Below, in pieces: positions 50,490-60,703 of a stretch of 64,000 nt of DNA. Location: assembly GCA_963796275.1 (NCBI GenBank), contig CAWCKY010000003.1, positions 256,001-320,000 of the forward strand, read 5' to 3'. The position numbers and the translations under genes are program-made. The stretch comes from an uncultured Acidobacteriota bacterium. GTDB taxonomy: Bacteria; Acidobacteriota; Blastocatellia; RBC074. The notes under the pieces were generated by a model, which saw nothing but the letters and a program-made list of their open reading frames with translations, had not been told where the DNA came from and did no database searches. Numbering within the stretch: position 1 is the first letter of the stretch; each line of letters begins with the position of its first letter.

Positions 50490-50793
50490 GATAATCCTTG
50501 ATCGGATGAATAAGGGAGAGTACGAAAGAGACGAAAAATTCCAGAATGGATCTGGCTTCTGATATCAGGGACACGGAAAATTTCGCAGGGGGGAAAATGA
50601 CCAAAATGGTGAAGTAAGCCAATATGATACTTTGCAGCTTCTGAATGGTTCATAACCGTTAAATTCCATTGCGAGCGCTATTGATAACATAACTCTCACC
50701 AGCAAGCATGATCGCATTTCATTCATCGGTCAGCTTTTTATTTCGTTTATTTCGTTTTTTTCGTTTGCTCCATTGTCGCTCATTAATCTATTC

Positions 50794-51234
50794 TTAATTC
50801 AAGGATATGGAAAGAACTCGCGTTTCCATTCCAGGCTCTCCGATATTTACGAGATAAGCGCCTGGGATCGCAAATGCGCCCAATCTTTCGGGCCACTCGA
50901 TCACTATTACACCTTTCGGATCCTCCAGCATCTCTTCCAAACCGAGAGCGCGGACTTCGTTCGCAGCGCCCTCGATCCGATATAAGTCGAGATGATACAT
51001 CCGCATCCGCCCATCGTGCTGGTTGATTATCGTGAATGTCGGGCTGTTGACTTCGGCAGGATCGATTTCGAGGCCTGCGCCGATGCCCTTGGCGAAGACA
51101 GTTTTACCCGCCCCTAAATCGCCCTGTAATAGGAAGACGGCTGCTTCATCGAGCAATTCGCCGATGTTGTATGCCAGCGCGAATGTTTCTTCGGCTGACC
51201 GCGTGATGAATTCTCCGGTCGGAATTAATGCCAT
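50794..51234 (-). CDS. tsaE: tRNA threonylcarbamoyladenosine biosynthesis ATPase
   Basis: GDLGAGKT, SPTF, HLDLYR and IEW motifs. Confidence 0.95.
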   Translation of the reverse strand: MALIPTGEFITRSAEETFALAYNIGELLDEAAVFLLQGDLGAGKTVFAKGIGAGLEIDPAEVNSPTFTIINQHDGRMRMYHLDLYRIEGAANEVRALGLEEMLEDPKGVIVIEWPERLGAFAIPGAYLVNIGEPGMETRVLSISLN

Positions 51235-52872
51235 TCAGATAGTAGTGATTCCAAAGCTTCGCCCTTTTTCGGCATCGCCGCCAACTCTGATGATCGCCTC
51301 ACTCAGGTTATCAACGATGTCCGATGCGATGAGCGAGCGTTGGCCGAGCTTATTTGCCGCTATATCGCCTGATAATCCGTGTAAATAGACCGCAGCTATC
51401 GTTGCCTGCAGCGGTTCGTCCGGCCGTTGCGCCAGTAATCCGGCGGCCAATCCGGTCAGTACATCGCCCGACCCTGCTGTAGCCATCCCCGCGTTTCCGC
51501 TCGGGTTGACATAAATTACTCCGTCGGGCGCAGCAATTATTGTGCGGCTTCCCTTGATTACCGTAATAATCCGGTTCTTCTCGGCAAACTCGCGCGCGAT
51601 TGCGGCGCGGTCTGCCACGATTTCGGAATTCGTTTTACCGGTCAGCCGCGCCATTTCGCCGGGGTGGGGAGTGATGATAATCGGCAACCGGTCGGATCCT
51701 CTCAGATCTTCCGGCCAGGGAGCGAGTGCGTTTAAACCATCGGCGTCGATGACGATGGGCGCAGTTCGTCTTTCGACAAATACGCGCACGAACCGGCGCG
51801 TCCCCTCGTCGGCTGATGAAAGGCCGGGGCCGATGGCGATGACCGTACGGTTACATGCCAACTGTAATGCGCGGTCGATCGCCCGCTCGGAAACAGCGCC
51901 GCTATCGATCTCATCGAGGGCCTCGGTCATCACTTCGGTCCTGGCCTGAGTGATGAGCAAACCTTGCGCCGATTTGGCGGTCGCGATGGTAACGAGTCCA
52001 GCGCCCGCGCGCAGTACCGCTTCGGAAGCCAGTGCCGCCGCCCCCGTTTTACCGCGCGAGCCTGCAACTAATAGGACATCGCCGGCCGACCCTTTGTGCG
52101 CGTCGGGAGAGCGAAGAGACTCATTCAGCCATACGCCTATCTTTGAATCCTGGATAAGATGCAGGTGAGACCCCGACTCTTCATCGATCAACCATTGAGG
52201 TGTGCCGATCGAAGCGATGACCAGTTGACCGTTGGCATAGCATGCGGGCGGCAGGACGTTCCCGGTTTTCGGAGCTGTAAACGATATGGTTAAATCGGCC
52301 TGAACGTGCGGGCCGATCGGATAGCTGGTGTCAGAACTTAAACCTGATGGAATGTCCACCGAAACTACGCGGGCGGCCTCATGCGCCTTGATGATGTTGA
52401 TCTCCTGGATCGCCCTTTCGTATATGCCTTCCAGCGGGCGTTTTAGCCCCGTGCCGAACAGTGCATCGATCACGATATCGCAACCGCAGCCAATCCCATC
52501 CAGCTCCGAATCGATTTCTGTGAAGACCAGCCTCGATGCGCGACGTTTGCCAGCCTGTTCCGATAATCGTCTGATAATTTCAAAGTTTGTCCGGGCCTCG
52601 CCTTTCGTATCATCGATCTGCCCGAACAAAAAAGCCTCTACCCAGGCTCCCTTTATCCATAACAGCCGCGCGATCACCGCACCATCGCCGCCGTTATTTC
52701 CTTTGCCACAGAAGACCGCGAATCGCTTGTCGTCGACGGGACCATATTGCTCGATGATCGTTTCAACAACGCGGCCCCCGGCGTTCTCCATCAGCGTCGA
52801 AAAGCTGATTCCACTATGCTCGACCGTCAGCCGGTCGATCTCCCGCATCTGTTGCGCAGTGAGAATTCGCAT
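51235..52872 (-). CDS. nnr: bifunctional NAD(P)HX epimerase/dehydratase
   Basis: LMENAG, GNNGGDG, DIPSG, HKG, DADGL, TPHPGE and ATAGSGDVL motifs. Confidence 0.94.
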   Translation of the reverse strand: MRILTAQQMREIDRLTVEHSGISFSTLMENAGGRVVETIIEQYGPVDDKRFAVFCGKGNNGGDGAVIARLLWIKGAWVEAFLFGQIDDTKGEARTNFEIIRRLSEQAGKRRASRLVFTEIDSELDGIGCGCDIVIDALFGTGLKRPLEGIYERAIQEINIIKAHEAARVVSVDIPSGLSSDTSYPIGPHVQADLTISFTAPKTGNVLPPACYANGQLVIASIGTPQWLIDEESGSHLHLIQDSKIGVWLNESLRSPDAHKGSAGDVLLVAGSRGKTGAAALASEAVLRAGAGLVTIATAKSAQGLLITQARTEVMTEALDEIDSGAVSERAIDRALQLACNRTVIAIGPGLSSADEGTRRFVRVFVERRTAPIVIDADGLNALAPWPEDLRGSDRLPIIITPHPGEMARLTGKTNSEIVADRAAIAREFAEKNRIITVIKGSRTIIAAPDGVIYVNPSGNAGMATAGSGDVLTGLAAGLLAQRPDEPLQATIAAVYLHGLSGDIAANKLGQRSLIASDIVDNLSEAIIRVGGDAEKGRSFGITTI

Positions 52873-53002
52873 GGATCTTATTCTATCGCAAAAAGAGCGC
52901 AAAGAAGCGATGCTCCTTGCGCTCTTAAGAAAACGAATTTTCCAATGATAGTTGGCTCGAACTATGAAATGTCACGAGCTTTTCTGCAGCTCGCTCTGCT
53001 TT

Positions 53003-54289
53003 CTAATCGCCCTTAAATGTCAGACGTTTATTCGAGTTCCACAAATCGTCCCAACCAATGCACTCGCGGCGATAGGCGGCCTCGCGCCCGAGAATGGACA
53101 TAAATGTGCTCTCCACGCCGTACTTGGTGTCATTGCGATATTTGTCCTGCCCCTCGCCTTTTCCCAGAACGCTGTTGACGAAATATTCGGCTTCCTGATC
53201 ATAATGCTTGTCATCAGTGCCCTCATACTGATAGATCATAGTACTCTCGCTGCCTCTTCTGCCTCCGCTGCTTTCGATTCTCGCACCGCCCGTGCCGCCT
53301 TTGCCCGCCGTTGTCGTGAATGTGGCCTTGGTGCCTCGGATGGTCTCAGAGATATCGGAGCGCACCCCGTTGATCTGCACGCACGAGTGGTTGAGCAGGA
53401 CCTGGTTGGGGTATTCATAAATGAGGTTGAAGTGATCGTAAATCTCCCCGATATCTGTGCGAACGAGCCGGCCGCCCGAACCATATGCCTTGATCGGTAA
53501 AGTTCCCAGCATCCAGCTGATGACATCCATATTATGGATACTCTGCTCGACGATGTGATCGCCGGAGAGCCACTTGTAGAAATACCAATGTTCGACTTCG
53601 TAATCCATCTGCGTCTTCCAATCCGCGCGCTTGCCGCGGCGATCCTGCCACAGATCTCCCTGATCCCATGCCGAATGCGCCATTGCGATTGTGCCTAGAG
53701 CGCCCTCATCGATCAGTCGCTTACACTCACGATAGGCTTTGCTGTAGTGGCGCTGCAAACCGACGACGACCGACAGGTTATTTGCTTTTGCTTTCTCGCC
53801 CGCCTCCATAACAGTGTGGCAGCCGGGTACATCTACGGCCAGTGGTTTCTCAGCGAAGATGTGTTTCTTGGCGGCCACCGCGGCTTTGAAATGCTCGGGG
53901 CGGAAGCCCGGAGGTGTAACCATCAATACGGCGTCGACCTTCGATTCCATGATGCCCTTATAGCCATCGATACCGAGAAATACTTTCTTGGAATCGATGT
54001 TGGCGAGATTTGGCCTTCCCTGGTTGCCTTCGACCGGTTTGAGTGCCTTGTCGATGCGGTGCTGGAAATAGTCGGCGATTGCGACGATCTTAGCTTTACC
54101 CGTCTTTTCCAACAGATAGGCATCGCGTGTGCCCTGGCCGCCGAGGCCGATCCAACCGATCTCAACCATCGAGTTGGCCTGGGTGCCGCGGACCGATTCC
54201 GCTTTGACAATGGTGAATGCCGAAGCGGCGGTGGCCGCAGCCGTGCCTTTTACGAAAGTTCTGCGCGAAAGGTGCTCTTTCTTCTTCAT
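53003..54289 (-). CDS. Tat-exported Gfo/Idh/MocA oxidoreductase
   Basis: SRRTFV Tat signal; GLGGQG, EKP and GDHIVEQ.IH..D motifs. Confidence 0.88.
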   Translation of the reverse strand: MKKKEHLSRRTFVKGTAAATAASAFTIVKAESVRGTQANSMVEIGWIGLGGQGTRDAYLLEKTGKAKIVAIADYFQHRIDKALKPVEGNQGRPNLANIDSKKVFLGIDGYKGIMESKVDAVLMVTPPGFRPEHFKAAVAAKKHIFAEKPLAVDVPGCHTVMEAGEKAKANNLSVVVGLQRHYSKAYRECKRLIDEGALGTIAMAHSAWDQGDLWQDRRGKRADWKTQMDYEVEHWYFYKWLSGDHIVEQSIHNMDVISWMLGTLPIKAYGSGGRLVRTDIGEIYDHFNLIYEYPNQVLLNHSCVQINGVRSDISETIRGTKATFTTTAGKGGTGGARIESSGGRRGSESTMIYQYEGTDDKHYDQEAEYFVNSVLGKGEGQDKYRNDTKYGVESTFMSILGREAAYRRECIGWDDLWNSNKRLTFKGD

Positions 54290-54525
54290 GGTCATCTCCT
54301 TTTAGACTAACCCACTGGTCTTGCCATTAATTTGATTGTTTTCGAATTAGTAACGGAGTGCGAAATCATTGCCGCTAAGACAACAGGCGCATTGTAGTCA
54401 ATCGTGGCCGATTTGGCAAAATTGATTAGGTTCTGTCTCAGAATTGCAATATCTTCTGATTCTGCTTTTCTTTTTCCCTTTGGCCCTTTGCGTGAGATTT
54501 CACCGCTCGCGCCAGACATCCGAAA

Positions 54526-54554
54526 TTGACAAGAACTCCTATAGTTTAGATAAT
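54526..54554 (+). promoter_or_regulatory. sigma70 promoter candidate, about 300 nt upstream of 54858
   Basis: TTGACA-17 bp-GATAAT. Confidence 0.6.
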
Positions 54555-54857
54555 TGCCCCTGCCTTTATAAGTAAATGAGCGTAAGGTCGCTGGAGTCGA
54601 TAGAAAGACCTGCTCCCCCTCGATAAGTTGATCGTCAGTCAATAATCGGTTACGGATGTTCGACCGGTGGCCGTTTATTTACTTGGGATTCTTATGATGG
54701 GAGTCAGTGGCCGTCATCATCCGCACGCGCTTGATCTCAGACAGACCCGGGAGCATTCAATGTTCAATCTCTACCCAGCCTTTTCAGAAGGGTTGGAGAA
54801 AAAATTTCATAGCATCGAGCGAATTCGGATATCTGCTTTTCCAATGGGAGGGATACT

Positions 54858-56990
54858 GTGTCCGACAAATATAATTTGAACCTGGACGACCCACTTGAAA
54901 CGGAACGACAGGATGCTTCGTTTTCGGAGAACCCCGAAAGTTGGGAGTATCAGTTACAGATCCGCGCAAACCAGCTGATAATCCAACGCACCACTCAGCT
55001 CCGGTCTGATCTAGAGCGGCTTCAATCAACCATCGACGAAATTACGCAACGAATGATCGAGGGGACACGCTCCGTGCCCACTGTGCAGGAGACAAGAGGA
55101 CTGCTCGATTTCGTTACGCAGTGCTTCGAAGCCGCCGCCTCGAGCGCCGAAGATGAGTTCAAGACGAGACTCGAGCAAACTCGTAATGAGGCTTCGGCAG
55201 AAGCGCGAGAAGCGGCCGAGACTGAATTCCAGGATATGCTCAAAAAGGCCGCCCAGGATTGGGAAACTGCGCAAAAGCGTGCCAATGAACTCGAGGTGCA
55301 GAAACAAGTCGAAAAGGCGCGTGAGGCAGCTGTTTCCGAAATCCGCCTCGAGATGGAGAAAGAGTATGAGCAGCGTCTCAACCAGGCTGTCATCAGCCGG
55401 AGCGACGGGGAGCTGCTGGCTGATGATGCCGAGTTCCAACAACGACTCGTCCAGGCGTGTGCCGATGCCGCGGCAGTTGCGCGGCGAGAATCCGAGGCGC
55501 AACTCGATGAGCTGCGCGAACAGCTCGAAGCGAGCCGCAAAGCACTTACTCTCGCAGTCTCATCATCGAATTCTTCTTCCGGAGATTCAGCCGGCATCGA
55601 TTTGATAAAGACGGCAGTCGATGATATCGATCGGCAACGATCACAGTCGGAGACTCTCGCTACCTTGGTCCAGCGGGCCTCGGATTTCGCGCCTCGTATC
55701 GCTTTCTTCGTCATCAGAGGCGGAGATGCGATCGGCTGGAAAGCTAAGGGCTTCGAGAATGGTCTCGATGATGACACCGTCCGGAAGTTGACTGTTCCCA
55801 CCCAAAGCCCAGGCCTGCTGCACGATGCGCTCGCGCAATTCACCAAGGCGGTGTTTAGGTCTTCATCGCCCGGCGATGAATCTTCCGTCCTCGGGAGTTA
55901 TGGCAGTCCCGCGCCGCAGTTCGCAATAGCCGTCCCGCTGGTTGTGCGGGGCAAGGCGGCAGCTGTCATCTATGCGGATTCGGGAACAAATGAGGAAAAT
56001 TCGGTAAACGATCTCGCCATCGAAACGTTGATGCGAGTCGCCGGGATGGCTGTCGAACTATTACCTGCGAGACGCGGAACGGCGGAGCCGGCGGCACGTC
56101 CAGCAGCGGCGGCGACGCAATCATTTACAGCGTCTACACCTACACCGGCAAAATCTGCGCAAACTTCGCCGATCGGAACTCCTGCTCCCGCCGCGGCTGT
56201 CCAGACGCCACCTGCCACAATCGCTCCGGCGGCATCGTCCACCGGATCGGCAACCGCTACTGTCACCCCGCAGGAGAGCAGCGCACGGAAACCCGCACCA
56301 ACTATTGAACCGGCAAAGCCACTCGAGAAAGAGAACGAGCCGGCGAAACGCGCCGGGCAGACGGCAGAGACGCAGCATTTCGTCAAACCCGACTGGGCTG
56401 CCAGAGTGAGAACAACCGAAGAACTAATCAAACCCCGACAGATACCGGAGAGTTGGTCCGAACCCGATGACCAGGTAAGAATGGGAGCGGTTTCAGAAGC
56501 GCCGCCTTTCATCAATACCTCAAATCGGGCGGAATCAAACCTCATTCGTACAAGTGTGTCACCCAAAACGGAGGATCCTAAGACTAAAACCACCGAGGAT
56601 ACGGTGGGGTCGTCGGCCTTCGCTCAGACATCGGTCCAGGAATCGTCTCAGCGTACACCGCAACCTCCGGTCTTCTCCTCCGTCCCGACTCCCGCAAGCG
56701 AAACCGAGCAGCGTGCGCATAACGATGCGCGGCGGTTCGCCAGATTGCTGGTCTCTGAGATCAAGCTTTACAACGCCGCGAAGGTGAACGAGGGCCGCCG
56801 GAACTTCGATCTTTACGACCGGTTAAGAGAAGAGATCGACCGTAGCCGCAAAGTATACGACAAACGCGTCATGCCTTCGGTTGCATCACGGTTCGATTAC
56901 TTTTACGATGAACTTGTTCAAACGCTGGCTGAAGGCGATCCGGCGAAACTGGGGCCAAATTGTCCCGGCCCGGTCGTCTTGACAACTTAA
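54858..56990 (+). CDS. coiled-coil + GAF-like + Pro/Ala/Thr linker + RomX-like C-terminal domain protein
   Basis: GGGAGG RBS before GTG; E/A/Q-rich heptads; VPLVVRGKAAAVIYAD GAF strand; ARRFARLLVSEIKLYN...LREEIDRSR...DYF. Confidence 0.75.
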   Translation: MSDKYNLNLDDPLETERQDASFSENPESWEYQLQIRANQLIIQRTTQLRSDLERLQSTIDEITQRMIEGTRSVPTVQETRGLLDFVTQCFEAAASSAEDEFKTRLEQTRNEASAEAREAAETEFQDMLKKAAQDWETAQKRANELEVQKQVEKAREAAVSEIRLEMEKEYEQRLNQAVISRSDGELLADDAEFQQRLVQACADAAAVARRESEAQLDELREQLEASRKALTLAVSSSNSSSGDSAGIDLIKTAVDDIDRQRSQSETLATLVQRASDFAPRIAFFVIRGGDAIGWKAKGFENGLDDDTVRKLTVPTQSPGLLHDALAQFTKAVFRSSSPGDESSVLGSYGSPAPQFAIAVPLVVRGKAAAVIYADSGTNEENSVNDLAIETLMRVAGMAVELLPARRGTAEPAARPAAAATQSFTASTPTPAKSAQTSPIGTPAPAAAVQTPPATIAPAASSTGSATATVTPQESSARKPAPTIEPAKPLEKENEPAKRAGQTAETQHFVKPDWAARVRTTEELIKPRQIPESWSEPDDQVRMGAVSEAPPFINTSNRAESNLIRTSVSPKTEDPKTKTTEDTVGSSAFAQTSVQESSQRTPQPPVFSSVPTPASETEQRAHNDARRFARLLVSEIKLYNAAKVNEGRRNFDLYDRLREEIDRSRKVYDKRVMPSVASRFDYFYDELVQTLAEGDPAKLGPNCPGPVVLTT

Positions 56991-57129
56991 AAACTCGGCC
57001 TTCCCCCTTTGGCTGAAAACAAGGAAATTTTAGCTAGGCTTTACAGGATTTTTCGGGACTCACTCCTATTTACCTGATTAATCCCGTTTATCCTCTCTTC
57101 TGAATATTGATGGGAGCCAAAATAAAGTA

Positions 57130-59373
57130 ATGAAGTACTTTACAAATCGCCTTTCACTGCCTTTTCGTAAAACTAATTTCATTCTTTATCTTGTCCTGAT
57201 AACAATTTTTATTTGCCAGACCGTTTATCAGCCGTCTGCTTCGAAAGCGAGCGCGCAGGTAAGAGCGGGCGCGCAATTGCGGGCGGCGGTCGCATCGAAT
57301 TCAGAGGGCGATCTGCAGCGATTAGAGAATTCGCACCCGGGAACCGAAGAGGCGGGATTGGCTCGGCTCCTGCGCGGCTATCTGCGCTATAAGGCCAAGG
57401 ATTATCAGGCGGCTTCGAGTATTCTGAGCAGCGCAAGCATCTCAACCACAACCAAACTAGGCGATTACGCGCTTTTCTATCGCGGTCAGGCGCTTTCGGA
57501 AGCTGGCCGGAAAGATGAAGCCGAGCGTGAGTTTCGTAAGCTCGCCAATACTTATCCATCATCACTCCTCGCGCGTACTGCCGCGCTGCAGGCTGCCGGA
57601 TCCGCGATGATGGGCGGGAATTATCAGGCAGCCATCGATGACCTCGGTTCGCTGGTAATGAAAAACGACGGCACAGCGCTCAAGCTCCGCGCTGACGCAT
57701 TGGAAAAACTCGGGCGTCCGAATGAGGCGGTCATCACGCTGCGCAAACTCTATTTCGATGCCCCGCAGTCCGCGGAAGCGGAGAAGGCGGGCGAGCGGTT
57801 GGCTGCGCTCGGCAGTTCTACTGCAGCGGCAGATGCTGCGCAACTGAGAAGACGCGCGGACAAGCTCAATCAGGCGGGACTCTATGCCATTGCGGGACAG
57901 GCCTATGACCAGATCGGACGCCAATTTCCCGGCTCCGCCAGCAGTGAACTCTCGCTACTCGCCGGGACCTGTTTCTATAAAGCGAATTCTTTCCGGCAGG
58001 CCGCCGATGCTTTAGGGCTGGCGCGTTCAAGTGCGTCGACGCGGGCCGATGCGCATTACTATTTCGCGATGGCGAACCTTTCAATGGATGGCGAGCCGGC
58101 GGTCTTACAAGCTCTTGCCGATCTTCGGCGAGTCGCTCCCACCAATCCTCGCTTGTCCGATTTGATCTATGGTATCGGGCGTTATCACGAAAAACGCGGT
58201 CGCGAGAGCGAGGCCGTGAACTACTATACCCAGGTCGTACGGCAGTTTCCGAAATCCGAAAACGCCGACGAGGCTCATTATTTTCTGGCCTGGCGGGCTC
58301 ATGGAGCCAAGGATTACAAAACGGCGGCGAAGTTGCTAACCGAGCACGTGGCAGATTACGGAGACGTGACCGATAACCGAGGTAAGGCGGGTTTCTGGGC
58401 CGCGTTGGATTCCGAACGCTCCGGCGATAAGGCTCAGGCGTTAGCGCTCTACCGGGCAATGCTGAGGCGTTATGGCGCCGGATGGTATGGCTTGAACGCC
58501 GAGCGAAGGATCAATAAACTTTCGAGTGAGGGCGTTCAGATGAAATCCACGCAGAGCGATCCTTTGCTGCGGCGTGCGATCGCCGGACTGCAGACGGTCA
58601 AGCTCCCACAGGAGACTCTGGTGGAGGCGGAGATCGAACGCGTCACCAAAGCGGAGCAATTGATGCGGATAGCATTACACCAATCGGCGATGAATGAACT
58701 CGAGGCGGCACGCGATAAAGCGCCCGATTCGCCGCGCGTAAATCTTCGTATCGCGCAGATATATCGCGCCAACGGCGAGAATGTTGCGGCAATCAATACG
58801 CTTCGGCGCGCCTACCCGGACTATGGTCAGACGTTGCCGGAAGAGATGTCGCGTGAGGCCTGGGACATCTTCTACCCGCTCAAGTATTGGTCGAACATCA
58901 AGGAAGAGTCCCGGCGGCACGGACTCGATCCCTATCTCATTGCAGGCCTGATTCGCCAGGAGACGGTATTTGAGCCGCAGGCCCGCAGCCGCTCCAACGC
59001 GTACGGGTTGATGCAACTCCTGCCCTCGACGGGTCGGGCGGTTGCGCGCAAGAACAGTATCGGCGGCGGCCGCATCACTACGAGCGATCTATACAATCCG
59101 TCCCTCAACATTAAACTCGGATGTGCTTATGTGAAGGAGCAGATAGATCGGTTCGGCCGCTTCGAGTATGTCGCCGCTGCATACAACGGCGGCCCGACGC
59201 GGGTAAGCCGCTGGTTGAAACAATTACCGGCGGATGAAATCGAGGATTGGGTTGAAAGCATCCCGATCAGCGAGACGCGTTTATACGTTCAGGGCGTTTA
59301 TCGCAATGCCCGCCAGTATAAGCGTTTGTATGACGACCAGGGGAACTTCAAGAGCGATATTCCAGAAAGATAA
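57130..59373 (+). CDS. soluble lytic transglycosylase with TPR repeats
   Basis: IRQET, GLMQL, AYNGG and ETRLYV SLT motifs after a TPR-like helical region. Confidence 0.9.
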   Translation: MKYFTNRLSLPFRKTNFILYLVLITIFICQTVYQPSASKASAQVRAGAQLRAAVASNSEGDLQRLENSHPGTEEAGLARLLRGYLRYKAKDYQAASSILSSASISTTTKLGDYALFYRGQALSEAGRKDEAEREFRKLANTYPSSLLARTAALQAAGSAMMGGNYQAAIDDLGSLVMKNDGTALKLRADALEKLGRPNEAVITLRKLYFDAPQSAEAEKAGERLAALGSSTAAADAAQLRRRADKLNQAGLYAIAGQAYDQIGRQFPGSASSELSLLAGTCFYKANSFRQAADALGLARSSASTRADAHYYFAMANLSMDGEPAVLQALADLRRVAPTNPRLSDLIYGIGRYHEKRGRESEAVNYYTQVVRQFPKSENADEAHYFLAWRAHGAKDYKTAAKLLTEHVADYGDVTDNRGKAGFWAALDSERSGDKAQALALYRAMLRRYGAGWYGLNAERRINKLSSEGVQMKSTQSDPLLRRAIAGLQTVKLPQETLVEAEIERVTKAEQLMRIALHQSAMNELEAARDKAPDSPRVNLRIAQIYRANGENVAAINTLRRAYPDYGQTLPEEMSREAWDIFYPLKYWSNIKEESRRHGLDPYLIAGLIRQETVFEPQARSRSNAYGLMQLLPSTGRAVARKNSIGGGRITTSDLYNPSLNIKLGCAYVKEQIDRFGRFEYVAAAYNGGPTRVSRWLKQLPADEIEDWVESIPISETRLYVQGVYRNARQYKRLYDDQGNFKSDIPER

Positions 59374-59384
59374 GTGATCTGCCG

Positions 59385-60290
59385 ATGAAATTCCGACCCC
59401 TAGAAATCCGATCACTTCCCCGTCTGCTCGGAGCACTGGTTCTAGGTCTGTCACTTTGTATCAATCCTGCCGCGCAGGAAGATGCGCCTTCATCACTCAC
59501 CATAACGGCCAAACCCGGGACAATTATCTGGGTCGGTTCTCTTGGCTATGGCCCGGTTCCCGACAGTGGGGAATTGACGGTCAATAATCTGCGAGCAGGA
59601 TCATATACCGTGCGCGCCCGTTTGAAGGGGATGCGCGAACAAGCTCAGGTGATCAAGATCGCGGGAGGGGCTCAGCAATCGATAGAATTGACATTTACAG
59701 TTCCCGCCGATCAGGCTGAATTGGCTTTTCAAACGGCGGAAGAACTACGCGAGCTCGGCGATCACGCGGAAGCGAAAAAAGAGTACGGAAAGGCTATCAA
59801 GCTTCGCCGGGGTTATGCGGCAGCCCGTCTCGGTCTGGCGCGCAGCCTGATGGCTATGGGGGAATACAACAAAGCACTATCCGAAGCGCGCATAGCGCGG
59901 AGGGAGAAGCCAGGGACATATCCGGAAGCTTTCATCGTGATGGCAGATATCAACCGCAACGCCGGGTATTCCGAAGATGCTCTGGATGATTATCGCACCG
60001 CGTTGTCGCAAGCTCGCGGCATTTCGCCGGAAGCACATACCGGGATTGCGATCATCTATCACGATCGGCAACGCATTGACGAGGCAATCGAACAGTTCCG
60101 AACTGCCATCTCCCAGGCGAACGATACACAGCCAATCATCTATTTTATGCTTGGCACAGCGCTCGAACGCGAATACCGCAATAAGGAAGCGGTCGAGGCT
60201 TACGAGAAATATATGGACCTCGCCCCACACAGCAGCCAGGCGATTTCCCTTAGGTCGGTGGTGAGACAGCTGAAGCGAGAGATACGGTAG
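59385..60290 (+). CDS. secreted TPR protein with a PEGA-like N-terminal domain
   Basis: Signal peptide, beta-rich L.AG.YTV segment, then tandem TPRs. Confidence 0.75.
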   Translation: MKFRPLEIRSLPRLLGALVLGLSLCINPAAQEDAPSSLTITAKPGTIIWVGSLGYGPVPDSGELTVNNLRAGSYTVRARLKGMREQAQVIKIAGGAQQSIELTFTVPADQAELAFQTAEELRELGDHAEAKKEYGKAIKLRRGYAAARLGLARSLMAMGEYNKALSEARIARREKPGTYPEAFIVMADINRNAGYSEDALDDYRTALSQARGISPEAHTGIAIIYHDRQRIDEAIEQFRTAISQANDTQPIIYFMLGTALEREYRNKEAVEAYEKYMDLAPHSSQAISLRSVVRQLKREIR

Positions 60291-60703
60291 AAATAGACTC
60301 TGAAGCCTCAGAATATAGGGTTCATGTATCTTGATAAACTATCGACTATGCCGCTTTCGTAATTCAATTCATCTAAATAACATTAAATTCAGCTTTCTCT
60401 GTGGTTGATCACGGGATGACCGGAAGCCAATTCCCCATTTATCGGGAAGTCAAGCTAGGGAATGGATTCCCTAGCCGTCACTCTTCGCCGAGCCTCAGGC
60501 AGCAAAGTCGTTGTAAACACAGCATCAAATAGAACCAGCGGCAACAGTGCGTTGTGGTACGGATACTGCTTTACCGAAGTCCGGTCGGTTTATTGGACCG
60601 GGTCCCCCTGCCCGGCGTGCTGATCGTATTTTTGTCAGGCTTTAGCCGGATGATCCCGACTGAAGCCTGAGGAACCTCAAACTGAGAACGCGAGATTGAT
60701 CAC

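Noticed and set aside
60634-60670. GTCAGGCTTTAG...CTGAAGCCTGA palindrome upstream of the di-heme gene
   Set aside because: Looks like a single decayed REP-type hairpin; no second copy was seen in the window to support a call.
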